This document shows, one piece after another, positions 1 to 63,797 of a stretch of DNA of 64,000 bases. A program made the translations under genes and the position numbers. How positions within the stretch are numbered: the stretch's first letter is position 1; every line of letters begins with the position of its first letter. The DNA comes from Veleropilina oligotropha (lineage: Eukaryota), in assembly GCA_048128005.1 (NCBI GenBank), contig JBEUKZ010000109.1:124001-188000 (forward strand). Reading direction: 5' to 3'. The notes below the pieces were generated by a model. That model was not told the origin of the DNA and did no database searches. It saw only the letters and a program-made list of their open reading frames with translations.

Positions 1-129
1 TAAATTTGCTAAAAAGTGCGAAATTACCATTTCCACCTTGTCCGGATTTAGCGATAATAGGCTTATTATGGCATTAGTAAGGACGTAAGTATATTATTAT
101 AGATACTAGGGATTACTCTTAATCCTCAT
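1..129 (+). mobile_element. 3' end (right ITR plus terminal extension) of a DIRS1-like retrotransposon of the same subfamily as element B (copy D, truncated by the window edge)
   Basis: 1-129 is a near-perfect reverse complement of 29909-30035 (B 3' end), includes the GTAAGGACGTAAGTAT core and ends ...TAATCCTCAT followed by TTTC. Confidence 0.9.
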
Positions 130-179
130 TTTCATAAGGATTAATAAATTCAGTCCTAAATTAAAGAATCCGGATCAGT

Positions 180-480
180 CCTTAAACTGGGATTTAATTC
201 CATTTAGTCCGACACTTTCTGTATGTGGTCTTTCATAAAGTTATGATGGTTTAGAGATTATAATATTAGAACTAAGGATAAATGTTGTAAATATCGTTAT
301 TGAATTAAAAGCATGCTCTTTTTATTCAAAATTGACATTTTTTATTTTAGTACAACGTTTGTCAATATATCTGATATTTTATTTATAGGTATGATAATCT
401 CTAAACTATCATAACTTATGTGCAAAGAACATATATGTATTCAGAAAGTGTCAGATTAAATGGCGTTAAATCTCATTTTA
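180..480. mobile_element. Fold-back / MITE-like remnant with long imperfect inverted repeats
   Basis: about 190-260 (ttagtccgacactttctg...agttatgatggtttagagattat) is inverted relative to about 393-470 (ataatctctaaactatcataact...cagaaagtgtcagattaa). Confidence 0.55.
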
Positions 481-1640
481 CGGAGCTGATTAGCGATCAG
501 CATCTTATCTCTTTGCGCCCTACATACAAATTTTACGCTGTGTAGCCGCCTAAATTATATAACGTAAATTCATATTTTACATATATTTGGCTATTAGCAG
601 CATATCTTCATTTTTGGTACAAATTCAGTCTAATGCTATTACATCTTAAATTCGTTATTTAATATAATAAATTATTATTATGTGTATTTATCTGTTAAAA
701 TGTTGATTCTAATCCATTTTGTTGTATTTGGACATGTGCACTTCGTTTACAAGCCAACAACTACTACCGGTACGTCACAAACTCAGTAGTTTCATTCATT
801 TAACATTTATCTATTGGGCTGGATATGGCCAATTCAGGGAGCAAAGAGTTAATGTAGACGTTTTATGAAATTTGTGTACATGTTCTAACTTAGCATATTG
901 TCTGCCTTTTTGTCTTTGGTAAACGCCATGAAGCGCAGTGAATTTGTTTGCGAAACAAGACAAATATCGAAGCTAGATTTTGTTTCTGGCTGTACTGGAC
1001 TCTAGATAGCACCTGCAGCATATGTTACTATTCAATATAGCAGGTTGCGGCAAGTTGGTCTGTATACATCGCAGTGTTGACTTGTCATTGTTTTATCGTG
1101 AGAATATCCAGTCCCTTTCATATTTAGTTCCAGCATGTACCCCATATATATTCAATATATTTGGAAACAAATTTGTGTAACTGAGCTACTAATTTGTGTA
1201 TGGTACAATAAACTTTATTATAATGGCAAATCGTCAATCGTATTGTATAGGTAGATTATAGCAACTGCAACATACTAGACATTTATATTTCGATACAAGA
1301 TGTCCAAAAACATCCACAAAAACACTTTTCAGGATCATGCCAGGATAATTGTCATATTATCACAGAAGCAAAGTACGGTCACTCAGGTAATCTGCCCTCA
1401 CCGGTCAGCTATGGCCAACTGTGACCGTTAATTGAATAAATTGCCCTGCCGAGAATTCGAATCCACTGCTTTTGAGTCAGAGCGGTCTGTCCATCACAAC
1501 ACGTTGTGACCACCATTCGACCCTGATCCGTGCCGTATTATCAATGATGTACATTATTATTGAATAAGCTCCGTGTGCCATGACCCATGCTAAATGATGT
1601 TTTCATGGATAATTCATTTACCTGAATTAAAATTCTTAGT

Positions 1641-3239
1641 TATTGTATTCCCAGAATATCAATAGTCGGGGATAGTATGGTTTAGTCATCGTTCAGCCGC
1701 GCCCGCCGCAGATATTTCTTGTGTGCGCTCTACCGTGAAAAGTTATAATCCAATTTGATTCAAATTGCGTATGCACGTCAGATATGATGAGGACAAGCCA
1801 ACTAAAGACTTTCGTTGATTTCAGATCGAAGATGGCCGCCATGGCGGTCATTTTGTTTGGAAAGATTTCTTGTGCATGCTCTACAGTGAAAAGTTATTAT
1901 GGTATTTGATTCAAATTTGGTATGCACGTCAGTTAAGATGAGGACACGCCACCTAACGATTTTCGTTGTTTCCGGATACAAGATGGCGGCCATTTTGTTT
2001 GGAGAGATTTCTTGTGCACGATCGACAGTGAAAAGTTATTATCCGATTTGATTCAAATTTGGTATGCGCGCTAGTTGTGATGAGGACATGCCGCTGAAAT
2101 ATTTTTGTCATTTTTATATGCCCGCCGAAGGCGAGGTGTATTATGCTATGGCGATGTCCGCCTCCTTCGTTTCCGCACCATATCTCAAGAAATATACAAT
2201 CTTTAAATATGAAACTTGTTGGCCTATTCATTTTGAACCATGTAGCTCGATTCGTCATTGACTTCTGGCCCTTGTTCGAAAACTAAAATGAAAATTCGTT
2301 TCCGCACCATAACTAAGCAAATATTAATTATTTTTCAATGAAACTTGCTGGATGCATTAATCATGTGACAAGGAAGAAGCCTATTCATTTTCAAACCTGA
2401 CGCTCGATTTGTCGCTGACTTCTAACCCTTGTTCGACAACAAGAAATATTTCCTTTCCGCACGATAACTAAGCAAATATAAATTATTTTTCAATGAAACT
2501 TGCTGGATGCCTTAATCATGTGATAAGGAAGAAGCCTCTTCGTTTTCATCCTTGTTGCTAAATAGTCTTTCAAAACTCATTACTCTTGTCTGCGGGCGTA
2601 TAATGTATTGTTCACGTTACTCGTGTCGAATCTAAGATGGCGGCCATTTTGGTTGATTAGATTTATTGTGCGCGCTCTACAGTGAAAAGTTATTATCCGA
2701 TTCGATTCAAATTTGGTATGCGCGTTAGATATGATGAGAACACGCCACCTAATGATTTTCATATCCAAGATGGCCGCCGTGGCAGCCATTTTATTTGAAG
2801 AGATTTCTTGTGCGTGCTCAACAGTGAAAAGTTATTATCCGATTTGATTCATATTTGATATGCCCGTTAGTCATGATGAGGACACACCGCCAACGATTTC
2901 CGTTAGTTTTCGGATCCAAGACCATTTTATTTGGAGAGATTTCTTGTGCGCGCTCTACAGTGAAAATTTATTATCCGATTTGAGTCAAATTTGATATGCA
3001 CATTAGTTATGATGAGGACACGCCACCTAACGATTTCCGTTGGTTTTCGGAACCAAGATGGCAGCACCGGCAGCCATTTTATTTGAAGAGATTTCTTGTG
3101 CTCTCTACAGTGAAAACTAATCCGATTTCATTCAAACTTGGTATACATGTTTGGTATGATGAGTACATGGTGCCTATTGAATTTTGCTACCGTGGGAGAG
3201 GATACATCCCCTCGACTTGCTGAGTCGAGAATTCGCTAG
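1641..3239 (-). mobile_element. Non-autonomous Helentron/HINE-type element with internal tandem ~140-bp units; a second such element is nested at about 2111-2589
   Basis: Repeated unit (gatgaggacacgccacctaacgattt...gatttcttgtgcgcgctctacagtgaaaagttatt), CTAG terminus at 3236-3239 and GGGGA palindrome at the other end; related copy begins at 56855. Confidence 0.65.
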
Positions 3240-3357
3240 TTTTAATATCACAGAAGTTGCTGAGTGGGGGAACCACGAGACGAAAGAAGTCTATTCTACT
3301 CACCATTACTGTCTAATACTTCACCGACTTCTGGACCAACACCGACTTCTGGACCAA

Positions 3358-3589
3358 CCGTCCTCGATAGCGCAACTGGTTAGGGCATCAGAAAAATGTT
3401 AAGTGGGACGTTAGGATGTGGGTTCAAGCCCGCTCCGGCCTGGCTTATTCTAAGGCTCAAAACTAATAGATGGCATATCCCTAATGTATGTCGGTCAGAT
3501 CCGAGCGAGACCTTAAACTGGGTGTACCGACTGCGATAAGGCTGAAAAATTGTCAAAAAAATTGTCGTTGAACAAATCTACCTACCTAC
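3358..3589 (+). mobile_element. tRNA-derived SINE (family 1)
   Basis: A-box-like tagcgcaactgg, B-box-like ggttcaagcc, (ctac)n tail, flanking acttctggacca/acttttggacca; homologous copies at about 14056-14290 and 11160-11350. Confidence 0.75.
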
Positions 3590-4164
3590 TTTTGGACCAT
3601 GTTCAAAATATTTACAAAGAATTTCGTCACCATAACTCAAAACTTTTCATCATTTCATGATATATATTTGTTGGCTGCATTAACCATGGGATATTAATTG
3701 GATTGATGATTGTTCTGTATATTTACAACGATACGGTTGTCCATATTACCGGCGTAACCGTGGGAGGAACGCCCGGCGAAACGCCTTCTCTGACCAGATG
3801 CGGACAACTAATTCATAACTGTACAAATAATGCCCATGTCCCAACAGAGATTCGAACCCACTACTGTTCATGTCAGCAGAATGAAGGCAGTGATTTTCGA
3901 GTCTGCAACCAATTAATCGCGAAACCACACAAATGTTGCCAGCTGAGTTAACTAGATAAGCATATTAATTTCAGCACTACCGTTCAACATTTTTCTGACT
4001 TTAGGACCTTGTTTGAAACCTTCAAAAACTTTATTTCCCTGTGAGATAACTTAAAAACTTACATAAGTATTATAAATAGGTTGTACCATGATGATTGGTT
4101 ATCTAATCAGAAAAAGCCAGCAGTTAAACCGTGAATCGCTGAGTTGTTTAACTGCACAGACGTT

Positions 4165-4960
4165 TTAACCCAGCCTAAAACAGGCTGGGGTTATTGTCAT
4201 CGCCCGAAGCGGGTTGGCGGTTCATGTTGTCTGTCCCATATCTCGGCTACCAAACATGTTACCTTGATTTCATATGGTATGCTAACTACCCTTATCATAC
4301 GCTAGTGCATGGTGGCGAAATTTCATGTGAATGACCTTTGACCTTGCGGCCATGACCTTTGACCCTTAACTTTTGTCCAGGCCGGTTCTCGGAGACCTAA
4401 TTTTTTTTAGGTGTGTTGCCTAGACTTCAAACCTGTGCATGGCAGTAAAATTTTGATCCTTTGACCTCTGCGTAATGACCTTCACAAATTTTCTATTTAG
4501 ATTTTTTTATTTTTCGTATTTTTTTTTTTCGGGCCAAACTATTCCTTTAGGGTTAGTACATCATATACGAAATACGAAAAATGGCCTTTGGTCAAAGGTC
4601 AAGGTCACAAAGGTCAAAATATACTCGCAATTTGCAGACTGTGAGACCTATAGCCTGGCTACTTATGATAGTTATGGAGACAAATTATGACATATGGACT
4701 ACCCTTATCATACCCAAGATCATGGTGGATAAATTTCATGTGAATGACCTTTGACCCTTAAATTTTGTCCGGGCCGGTTCTCGGAGACCAAACATTTAGG
4801 TGTGTTGCCTATACTACAAACCTGTGCATGGCAGTAAAATTTTGATCATTTGACCTCTGCATAGTGACCTTCACAAATTTTCTATATTTAGAATTTTTTA
4901 ATTTTTCGTAGTTTTAATTTTTTGGGGCAAAACTATTTCCTTACGGTTAGTAACAAATAC
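4165..4960 (-). repeat. Satellite-bearing interspersed repeat (tgaccttt-rich) with an internal ~410-bp duplication
   Basis: About 4285-4560 is repeated at about 4698-4960. Confidence 0.55.
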
Positions 4961-7900
4961 GTAAAATGAATTATTTTTCACGAATCCACAGTCCCATTAC
5001 TTAATCCATTTTGACATCATTTGTTATGTTTTACTTGTTAAAAATCGTCCATTTAATCGGACACCAGTTCCAATTAAATGGAATCCTCTTTATGAATAGA
5101 TATTTAATGTGACCGTTAAGTGCAATTAAACTGGCATGCAAGGTGAATATTTTTTGCATCACGATGATGTAGATTTCAAAGCACGCTTCACTTGGCTTCA
5201 GATGTTTGACCAGAGCATACCTGGGATTTACCTCTGTAGAGAGCATCAAGTAAACTGTATAATATTGCAAATATATACTAGTATTTTATTTTAAAATTTC
5301 TATGATATGATATTTAAATAGCTCTGGGTGTTCGCTTCAAAGTAAAGCAATGGAAAATCGTTCATATGAACAACAACATTAAATGGGGTTAATTGCCAGA
5401 TTCTTATGAACGTTAAACGTGTATTGCATTTTTTTATTTAGGTAGCGAATTTATTGTGCTTGAGGTTTGTTGTCAGTTCAAAATTGATATGCGTTAAAAT
5501 AATTGTCCACGTGTACAAGAATGGACTCGCCCGCAGATAAATCGAACTCTTTGGACTATATACTGCGTTAAACATGCTTTCCTCACTTTTAGGAATGGAA
5601 TCGTCCATAGCATGTCCCACGGCAGTGGGACATAAAATTAGTCATACCATCATTTTATGTTATCTAATATTCAAATAAACACTTTCGGAAAAATTTGTCA
5701 TCGAAAAAAATGTTTAGATGTTCTTTATAATTAAATACATGTCACGGCCATCGAATGTGGTGAGGAAAGACTATAATTAGGTAATCGCCAGTATGCCGTC
5801 ATAACAGTGATTGATTGATTGGTTGGTTGGTGAAGCTCATGTGAAAACAAAATCATGGCAGGAAAATTCCCTGAGTTCAGAGCAATTTGTGTGAAGATTA
5901 TAAGCATAGAATAGTATACTTATGAATGCTAATGGAAATGCATTTATGTGTAATGTACTTATTTGATTATCAAAATTGCCGTAATATACATGTTTTTACT
6001 CTTGTGCGATTTTTATTTGCAATGACATAAGTCCTATTGAATGTGGCACGAGTTGTCGCGATCTTCGCAATAATTGTCCTAGCACGAGCTGTCATGATTA
6101 TGGCATTTTTTGGACGGTTTTGCGGTCATAATCACTTGAAGAAAGTCATGAAGAAAGTTTCGCTGGACATGCCCAACTTTGTGACAATTTTAAACAAGAG
6201 TATTTTGGTGTAATTTCAATATTTGTTTTGTTTTAACTGGCTTAGCATATATTTAATGTTTATATAATCATAATTCTAGTACGAATATACGATTTTATGA
6301 CCCATATTTGACCTTTAAGCAGACACAATGGAATTGAAGCCGTGTATTCGTGTAGAATAATCAACAGTTATAACAAAAGAAAACTAGGTCAAAATGGATT
6401 AATTTGTGATAAACCTCGCTGGCTGGGTTTAACCATCGGACAAAGAAGAAGTAGATTTAATTTTACAATAATTATGTTACAGCTTGAAGAAAAATCCTGT
6501 TTTCACAAGATCTCTAAAACAATTTTATCATTTTTGATTAAATAGCTGGAGGCATATCCATTTTGAATGATCATGATATATCATTCAACATAAATATTTC
6601 ACCGATTCTGACCTTTGTGTGAAAAGCTGAAAAATTCCCTTACAGGGAAGTCTCTCTATTGTCATAAATGTTGCATTGCATTTGAAAAATGTGTATAATA
6701 TGCTATTACTTTTTTTGTCCATGAAACCAAAGATGGTCATTTCTCATACTTCACTTCCGACATCACATTTAATTGCTTCTATGTGAATTATCTCATTCCG
6801 ATTCAGGATTGGCTTAATATATCAATCATATTTAACTCCATATGTAATACACTTTTGCTTGTTATTTTGTTGAAAGTAATGTATCTAACAATGATCAATG
6901 ACTTTGAACATCAAAATCATGCAGTATACAAGATACTGCACCAATTATGCAATAAATTTCATTATTATATACTTTATAAATAAATGCATTTTTATTGTCC
7001 AGATCCTATACACATAATCAGTGCTTTAACATCTATGAACATCGGTTTTTCAGTGAATATCAATTTTCAAAATGTAGTTTATGGAAATAGTCTTTCTAAT
7101 TAAATTTCTAGTGAAGCACATGCACAGCCAAACTGATGTCAGTAGCAGACGACAACTTGTTGACAGTGTTGAAATGACGGATCAATTTCCTACCGATTCT
7201 GATGATTAAACACATTGACATAATGCTATACATTAATTGTTTATGTTAATTTATCTTGATTTCACCGCAAATCCTCTATTCTGATTGGCTGCCGTCACTT
7301 TAGTAACTGGTCGTGAACCACGGCCAGCTGTGGTTGATGGAAAATTGTACCACGGTGACGAAACTTGTCAATCAAAATATTCCTTTCTGGTGAAAGGGAA
7401 ATAACCATCGTTTGCTCTATAAATTAAAATGGTTGCTATCATTATAAATAACAACAGTGTTATGCCAAGTCGGGAGTAAGGTAATTAGGTAAGGTAATTA
7501 AGACTGGATATAGAAATGAAGATAAATACGTTGTCGAGCAACGTCTTGGTAAATGCGGTGAATTGAATACCGCCTACCGTTAAACCAGTCGGCTAACGCC
7601 TCTTGGTTAACGTACGTTAGGCGGTATCCAATTCACCGTGTTTACCGCGGCGTCGCTCGATAGCTTATAATAACTGCATGGTTTTCTCTTCTATGGATAA
7701 CAGGCTCCAGTTCTCTATCGATAAGGATATTAACTCTTTATGAAATTCCTCAAACAGCATTTGATGATGAACAGTTAATTTATTGTAGAAGGAAGATATA
7801 TATACCATACTCAATATACCATACTCAATGTAACATTCGAGGTGCATGATGCATTCAGTGAGCTATTTCAATTCAATCGATGCCTAATCTCCTGTATATT

Positions 7901-8177
7901 TCAAACCATCAGGTTCAAAGCAGGACATGTCCGTGTTATCGCGGGATGAAAGTCCGTTTGCCTGGAGAAAACCCTCCCTCGCCGACAAGTTACGGACAAC
8001 TGCGATTCATAACTGACCAAATAATGCCAATGTCCCAAACGAGATTCGACAACATATCTGGCAGCGGAATCAAACCAGTGTTTTCAGAGTCTGCAGCCGA
8101 AACCACACGACTGTCGGAGTGGCCGACAATTATTAGCAGACAGGTGTTTGTGGTTGAAATATATAATATATAATAAA

Positions 8178-8900
8178 ACAGCTATGGACTTTTGTGGTGG
8201 TAAATATGATGTGATATGAACCTATAAAAATTTATCTATATCAGATATTATTAAATACTATATAAATAAATGCACTCTCATTGGCCGAATCCTATACACG
8301 TGACTAGTCCATAAATATCATATTGACCATTTTTTTGGTCAATATGAAAGAACTTTCCAAATATTGTTTGCGAAACGCGCCCCTTTATATGTCGATTTCC
8401 ATCGAATTGCACGTGCGACTCGAGCTGATGTCGGTTGCAGACGACCACAATTGTTGATACATTTGAAACGACGGTTCGTTTTGCTTCATTTTCTGATGAT
8501 GTGTTTACATTGACATGGTGCGATATATTGTTTATTTTTATATTAATATGCAGTTCATTACTATTTTATTGTGAAATAATTGCCAATTGTTTTGGAAAAT
8601 CGCATTTTGAACTTTGTAAACTAGAGTTTAGTGTGGTATATTTCTTGTTAACATAATATGGAACTTTTAATTCACAATTAGATTTTAGAGAACAGATATG
8701 TTTGCGGTTGAAGTATATCTTTTGTGGTGGTGAATATGATGTGATATGAACCTAAAAAACTTATATTGACCTCGGCTATCGCCTCGGTCAATATAAGTTT
8801 TTTAGGTTCATATCACATCATATTCACATCGCCTCGGTCAATAGAAGTTTTTTAGGTTCATATCACATCATATTCACCACCACAAAAGGCCATAACTGTA
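8178..8900. mobile_element. Non-autonomous inverted-repeat element with an internal long palindrome (Crypton-like by resemblance)
   Basis: Terminal inverted repeats acagctatggacttttgtggtgg...atatgatgtgatatgaaccta / taggttcatatcacatcatattcaccaccacaaaaggccataactgt; palindrome about 8730-8827 centred on ctcggctatcgcctc; family assignment from memory only. Confidence 0.55.
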
Positions 8901-8993
8901 TAATATTCATCTCCACAAAAGTCCATAATTATATAAGAAATTATATGAAGTCCTACGTTTAAGTAGAACCTGTTTCAGATCAAGTATTCCACC

Positions 8994-10420
8994 ATGAGCC
9001 AGCACAAGATTTCGTTCCCGTCTGAAAACCTGGAATCCTGCCCCGCCATCCTGCAGGGAGACGTCTCCATGACGACCAAGGGCCTGGTAGTTCTCCAGGA
9101 ATGGTGGCGCATGATCAACGAACAGGTAATCGACGCAGCTCGAGAGATCGTCGCGAAGGGAAACTGTGATAATCGTCCCGGATTTGTATCGCAGAAAATC
9201 AGCCACTGACAACGAAGGTCCAGGACACCTGATGACCAACCTGGACTGGCCGGGAGCGGTCAAGGACATTCAAGGGGCCACACAGTACTTGAAATCCATC
9301 AGCTGCAAAAAGGTCGGTGTGACCGGATTCTGCATGCGCGGCACTTTATCGCTAGTTGCTGCTGTGCACGTTCTCGAACTTGACGCATCAGCACCATTTT
9401 ACGGGGTCCCAAAAGAAGGGTTGACAGATTTGCGCAAAATCAAGATTCCACTGAAATGCCACGTTGGGGAAAAGACGACATTGAAGGATTTTCATCAACA
9501 AAAGATCAAGAAGGCTTGAAGAACTAGAAGTGTGTCCATCACTGGCAGCCTTGACTAGGGGCGGTAAAGATCGTTTTGTGGAGTTACTTACAGACAATTA
9601 ATGGCATGGATGAGTCGCACAAGGGTAGTACGAATGATGATAAGGAAGTGTATGAAGTATTAAGTCAATCCATGAAGGCAGATGGAAGTTATAGCAGAAT
9701 GGAGTTACTCGCACGCAAATACTGGTCCGAAGAGCTAAGTCATTTGACCTTGATCTTTGGGGCAACATGGGTGGGTGGCAGAAGGTTAGTATGAATGATG
9801 GTAAGCAAGTATATGAAGTATCAAGTCAATCTATGAAGGCAGATGGAAGTTATAGCAGAATGGAGCTACTCGCACGCAAATACTGGTCTGAAGAGCTAAG
9901 TCATTTGACCTTGACCTTTGGCATAGGGGTGACATGAGTGTGTCGCAGAAGCGAACTATGATTCATTGAATGATGATATGCAAGTGTATGAAGGCAGATG
10001 GAAGTTATAGCAGAATGGAGTTATCCGCACTCAAATACTGGTCCGAAGAGCTAAGTCATTTGACCTTGGGCATAGGGGCGAGATGGATGGGTCACAGAAG
10101 CGAAGTATGAATGATGATAAGCAAGTGTATGAAGTATCAAGTCAATCAATGAAGGCAGCTGGAAGTTATAGCAGAATGGAGTTACTTGCACGCAATACTG
10201 GTTTTCGGGATGAACGGGCGGACAAGGGTAAATCTAAATTCCCCCCCAATAAATTGGTGGGGGGCATAAAAAGTTGGACGAAGGTGGCGTCAACTACCAG
10301 TTTTATAGTTATGATACAGAACATGCATTCACTAACAAGATGTATGACCATTACCATCCAGAATGCTGCAAACTGGCATTGAATCGCTTGATAAAATTTA
10401 TGTCAGAGAACTTGGTCTAG
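8994..10420 (+). pseudogene. Dienelactone hydrolase family (carboxymethylenebutenolidase / usf-like) pseudogene with intronless CDS
   Basis: Motifs VVLQEWW, VPDLYR, VGVTGFCMRG (nucleophile elbow, normally GFCMGG), APFYG and C-terminal HAFTN...RLIKFMSENLV* (10271-10420); frameshifts near 9166 and 9474; interrupted by a repeat at 9524-10269. Confidence 0.85.
9524..10269 (+). mobile_element. HINE/Helentron-type element with degenerate ~166-bp tandem units, inserted in the hydrolase CDS
   Basis: Starts CTAGAAGTGTGTCCATC and ends in the palindrome cccccaataaattggtgggggcat; same family as 58951-59809. Confidence 0.8.
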
Positions 10421-13220
10421 ATTATTAAGGATTCATAAAGTTTTGAGCATGATTTTTATCTATCATATCATTATTCCAGTGATTTCCTTTGCTAAACTTG
10501 CTTTTTAGTGTAGTCGTATTAAATTCTGCCCACAATTAACTGAGCTTGAGCTTTACAGTAGAAAGCATAGTCGGCATATTATTCCGAGATAATTGTTATT
10601 ACGTAATGTACCAAATTTCTTTCGTGAATGCGTTATCGCTATTAACTTTTCAAAGTTTCATATAAATATACGAAGACCTATAACGCTTGGGTAAGCATTC
10701 TGTGCCAGCTATTAGTGAGATATAAAATTGTCGCACGTGATTTTATTTTCTTCAAAGCATATCAAATATGCAGTGTTAATTTTTATATAATATTTATGTT
10801 ATATAACAATGTACTTTTTAAAGCGACAATTTAATTTCGTTTTGTGGCGCCTGTTAATGCAATATACATGACTTTTACCTATGGGCAATTCTGTGATATT
10901 GTGTCTTTAATAATACTTTTATATTGTTCATCGTGGTGTAACATATTCCCCAGTCTGTAATTTACAGACATTATTTGTGTGCAATTCGTATTAAAGCTAT
11001 TATCATTATAATCCCTATTAAAAGAAGGAACATGACAATGGTTACTTCATGTGACAATTATCATATTAGTCTCTAGGCACAATTGTGATAATATTCATTG
11101 AATGTAATTAATGTACATAAATGTGCATGTATATGATTTTTGCATCATGTTCTATCGAAACTGTATCGTGGCGCAACTGGTAGTGCATTGGAAAAATGTC
11201 AAGTGCCACATTAGGATGCAGGTTCAATTCCTACTTTATTTTAACGCTTGAAACTAATAGAAATACCCATCCATTCGAGGGCGACGTTAAACGGAGGTTC
11301 CGAATACAGACACGACTGAAAAATAGTTAAAATGTGATCGTAAATCAAAATTGATTCAAATCAGCATGGCAGTCCAGCAACATGGCAGTTATTGAAATCA
11401 CACCACCATTACAAGGCCATGGTCTTAGACACAGCAATTAGTCACAACCCATAATATTTTTACTGATATTTTTTCAGAGCAAATATTTGTTTCATTTTTA
11501 TTTACAAAGCAAGCTGGATCCGCATTTATGAACACTAAAGCGTGGCCTGAACATTTTATAATATTCCTCCTGCTGAAAAAAATATTTCCATGAAATTAAA
11601 GGTACTGCTTTGCTTGTCATGTAAAAGTACCTATCCCGAGTTCTATGGTCTTGTACAAACAGTATTATATTCATGACATATTTATAGAATCAGGTGGCTA
11701 TAAATTATATTTAATCATAGTGAACATTGCTATTGCTTGACGCTATGAAATATTTTTGTCGTTATTACAGAATATTATATGCATTTGACATCAAATGTTA
11801 ACAGACACAGTATTTAATATATTTCGGAAATAACACTAACAGCTACATGTATTATAAATTTGTGTAGCAAGAAATAAATATTTAGAATAACCAGTGATAT
11901 TTTTGTTATCAACTGAAATCTTCCATACAATTTGACAGAGATATGTGTCTTGATGAAGAAAAGCAAATGGCTCTGGTGGATGGTCAGTCAGGGTGCAACT
12001 CCAGAGTTCCTCATTTCCTTGACGATCGATAGTTTCATTTTGAGTTTATTGCCAATAATCATGATGGCTCTGCCTCAGAGCTTATTATGGCGGTATCGTC
12101 ATACATGTGATACCTCCGGCCGGGAGTGAAATACTCCCGAAATCGGCACCCCAAAATGGCCAACTCCCGAAATGACAAATTCCTACCGGATTATCTTGAT
12201 TTCTCCCGCAAAGCTATTTTCGCAATGTTATTTCTTATCCGCAATAGTGTTGGAGTCGGGTAAACGGAACTCGTTTAATAAGTCGCCAACTCGTCAAATA
12301 GATGCTGTAACAATATACCCCTACATAAATTATGTAGATAGAACGCGATCGAGCATGAAGATTTTTGTCAAAATATTCTTTTGATACGCTGTTCACCGGT
12401 TCACAAGCACTCATCGTTCTTTTGTTGAAAATTGAAGCGAGCTTATGTGTTGATAGCAATTGTCGCGCAGTAATTTCGGGAACTACTTACGGAAATATAC
12501 GAGTGTTTTCCGACTTGCATATTTCCTTATATTGCGTTACAAAATAATCTTGCACCGGATATTTAAATTTCTACTATTTAATACAAAGATAATTTTAGAA
12601 TCAACATTGTGATATATTTGATGTAGGCCCGTAGTTCACACAGAATTAGATGTCAATAGAGCTAATTAAGTAATTAATTGGGAATAAATGCTACGAAAAC
12701 GTGGTCTATTGATTAATTACTAGTGAGAATGGCAGTTTCATCAATGTTGCCAAATAATTGGGATTAGCGCAATTGACATGCTCTGAGTGATAACAAGCTC
12801 GCATTTATCGGCCAAGTACATAGCTATCAGGCCTAACCGCAAGGTAATTTTTGCATGATTAATTCATATCAATATCAATTGAACTATACTGTATTAGTAT
12901 TTTGATATATATTTGTATCATTCTGAATGTTTATGCAAGTAGTGTAAATATTTGTTGATAGTCATTAATATTATAATGACATAACTGACTTTATTACTGT
13001 AAATATTTTTGTTATGACAACAAATGTTACTATGCTGATCAAGTAATTAAGGATGTGCATATTGTACTTGACTGAAGATTTATATAATAAACATTGTAAA
13101 TATTTAAGGTTTTGTTATATAATTATTTTATGGTGTTTAATATATATATTTAATCATTTTTTGGATTGGATAACATTGGTTTGTATAAAGAAAATATTAT
13201 TTCATTTCTATAAATGCCTT

Positions 13221-13226
13221 TTTATT
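13221..13226 (-). terminator. Candidate TTC38 polyadenylation signal (AATAAA)
   Basis: tttatt on the + strand about 600 nt downstream of the stop; AT-rich context, so weak evidence. Confidence 0.3.
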
Positions 13227-13820
13227 CAAAATAATTACAAATATATGAAATTGTCGATAAAAAGCTCCGATAAATATACTTCTGGAATCTTCTTGAATAT
13301 TGACCCCAACCTCCTGGAATGGTATTTTGGGTTTATCACATATGTATCGTGCTTGTATCATAATTACATTTTATAGATAAATAAAATGATCACAGCATAG
13401 AAATATCAGTATAAAAATATATTTTATATAAAGCAAATGTACAAGCTAAACAAACTTAAATGCAATCATTTCGAGAATAAAATATTAAATATATGTAAAA
13501 AATTATGGACATTAAAATGAACTGGAGAAGAACAGGTCAATTTTAAAATCAGACCTTGAATCATAACCCATGAAACATTTTAAATTAGGCTGTAGATCGA
13601 GATAATATTAAATGCATTTAGAGTCTCAGATACACCATCTCAACCTCACCATCGGATAAACTAGAAATTGTATCTTGAGTAATTCAATAAACTCTGCTAT
13701 CTCAAAATTCATCAACAAAATGACATCACATTTTGCTAATATAACGCAATGTGACCTTTGTAAACGTGTACATATTTTCCAAAATACTGAAACTGCAATT
13801 GTGAAGTGTTCGGTGCTTGG

Positions 13821-63797
<49,977 letters not shown>

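Noticed and set aside
3358..3440. tRNA genes at 3358, 11160 and 14056
   Set aside because: A/B boxes are present but there is no proper cloverleaf; each is followed by a shared SINE body and simple-repeat tail
4475..8656. Short ORFs in AT-rich intergenic DNA
   Set aside because: No recognisable motifs, many non-ATG starts, and overlap with repeats
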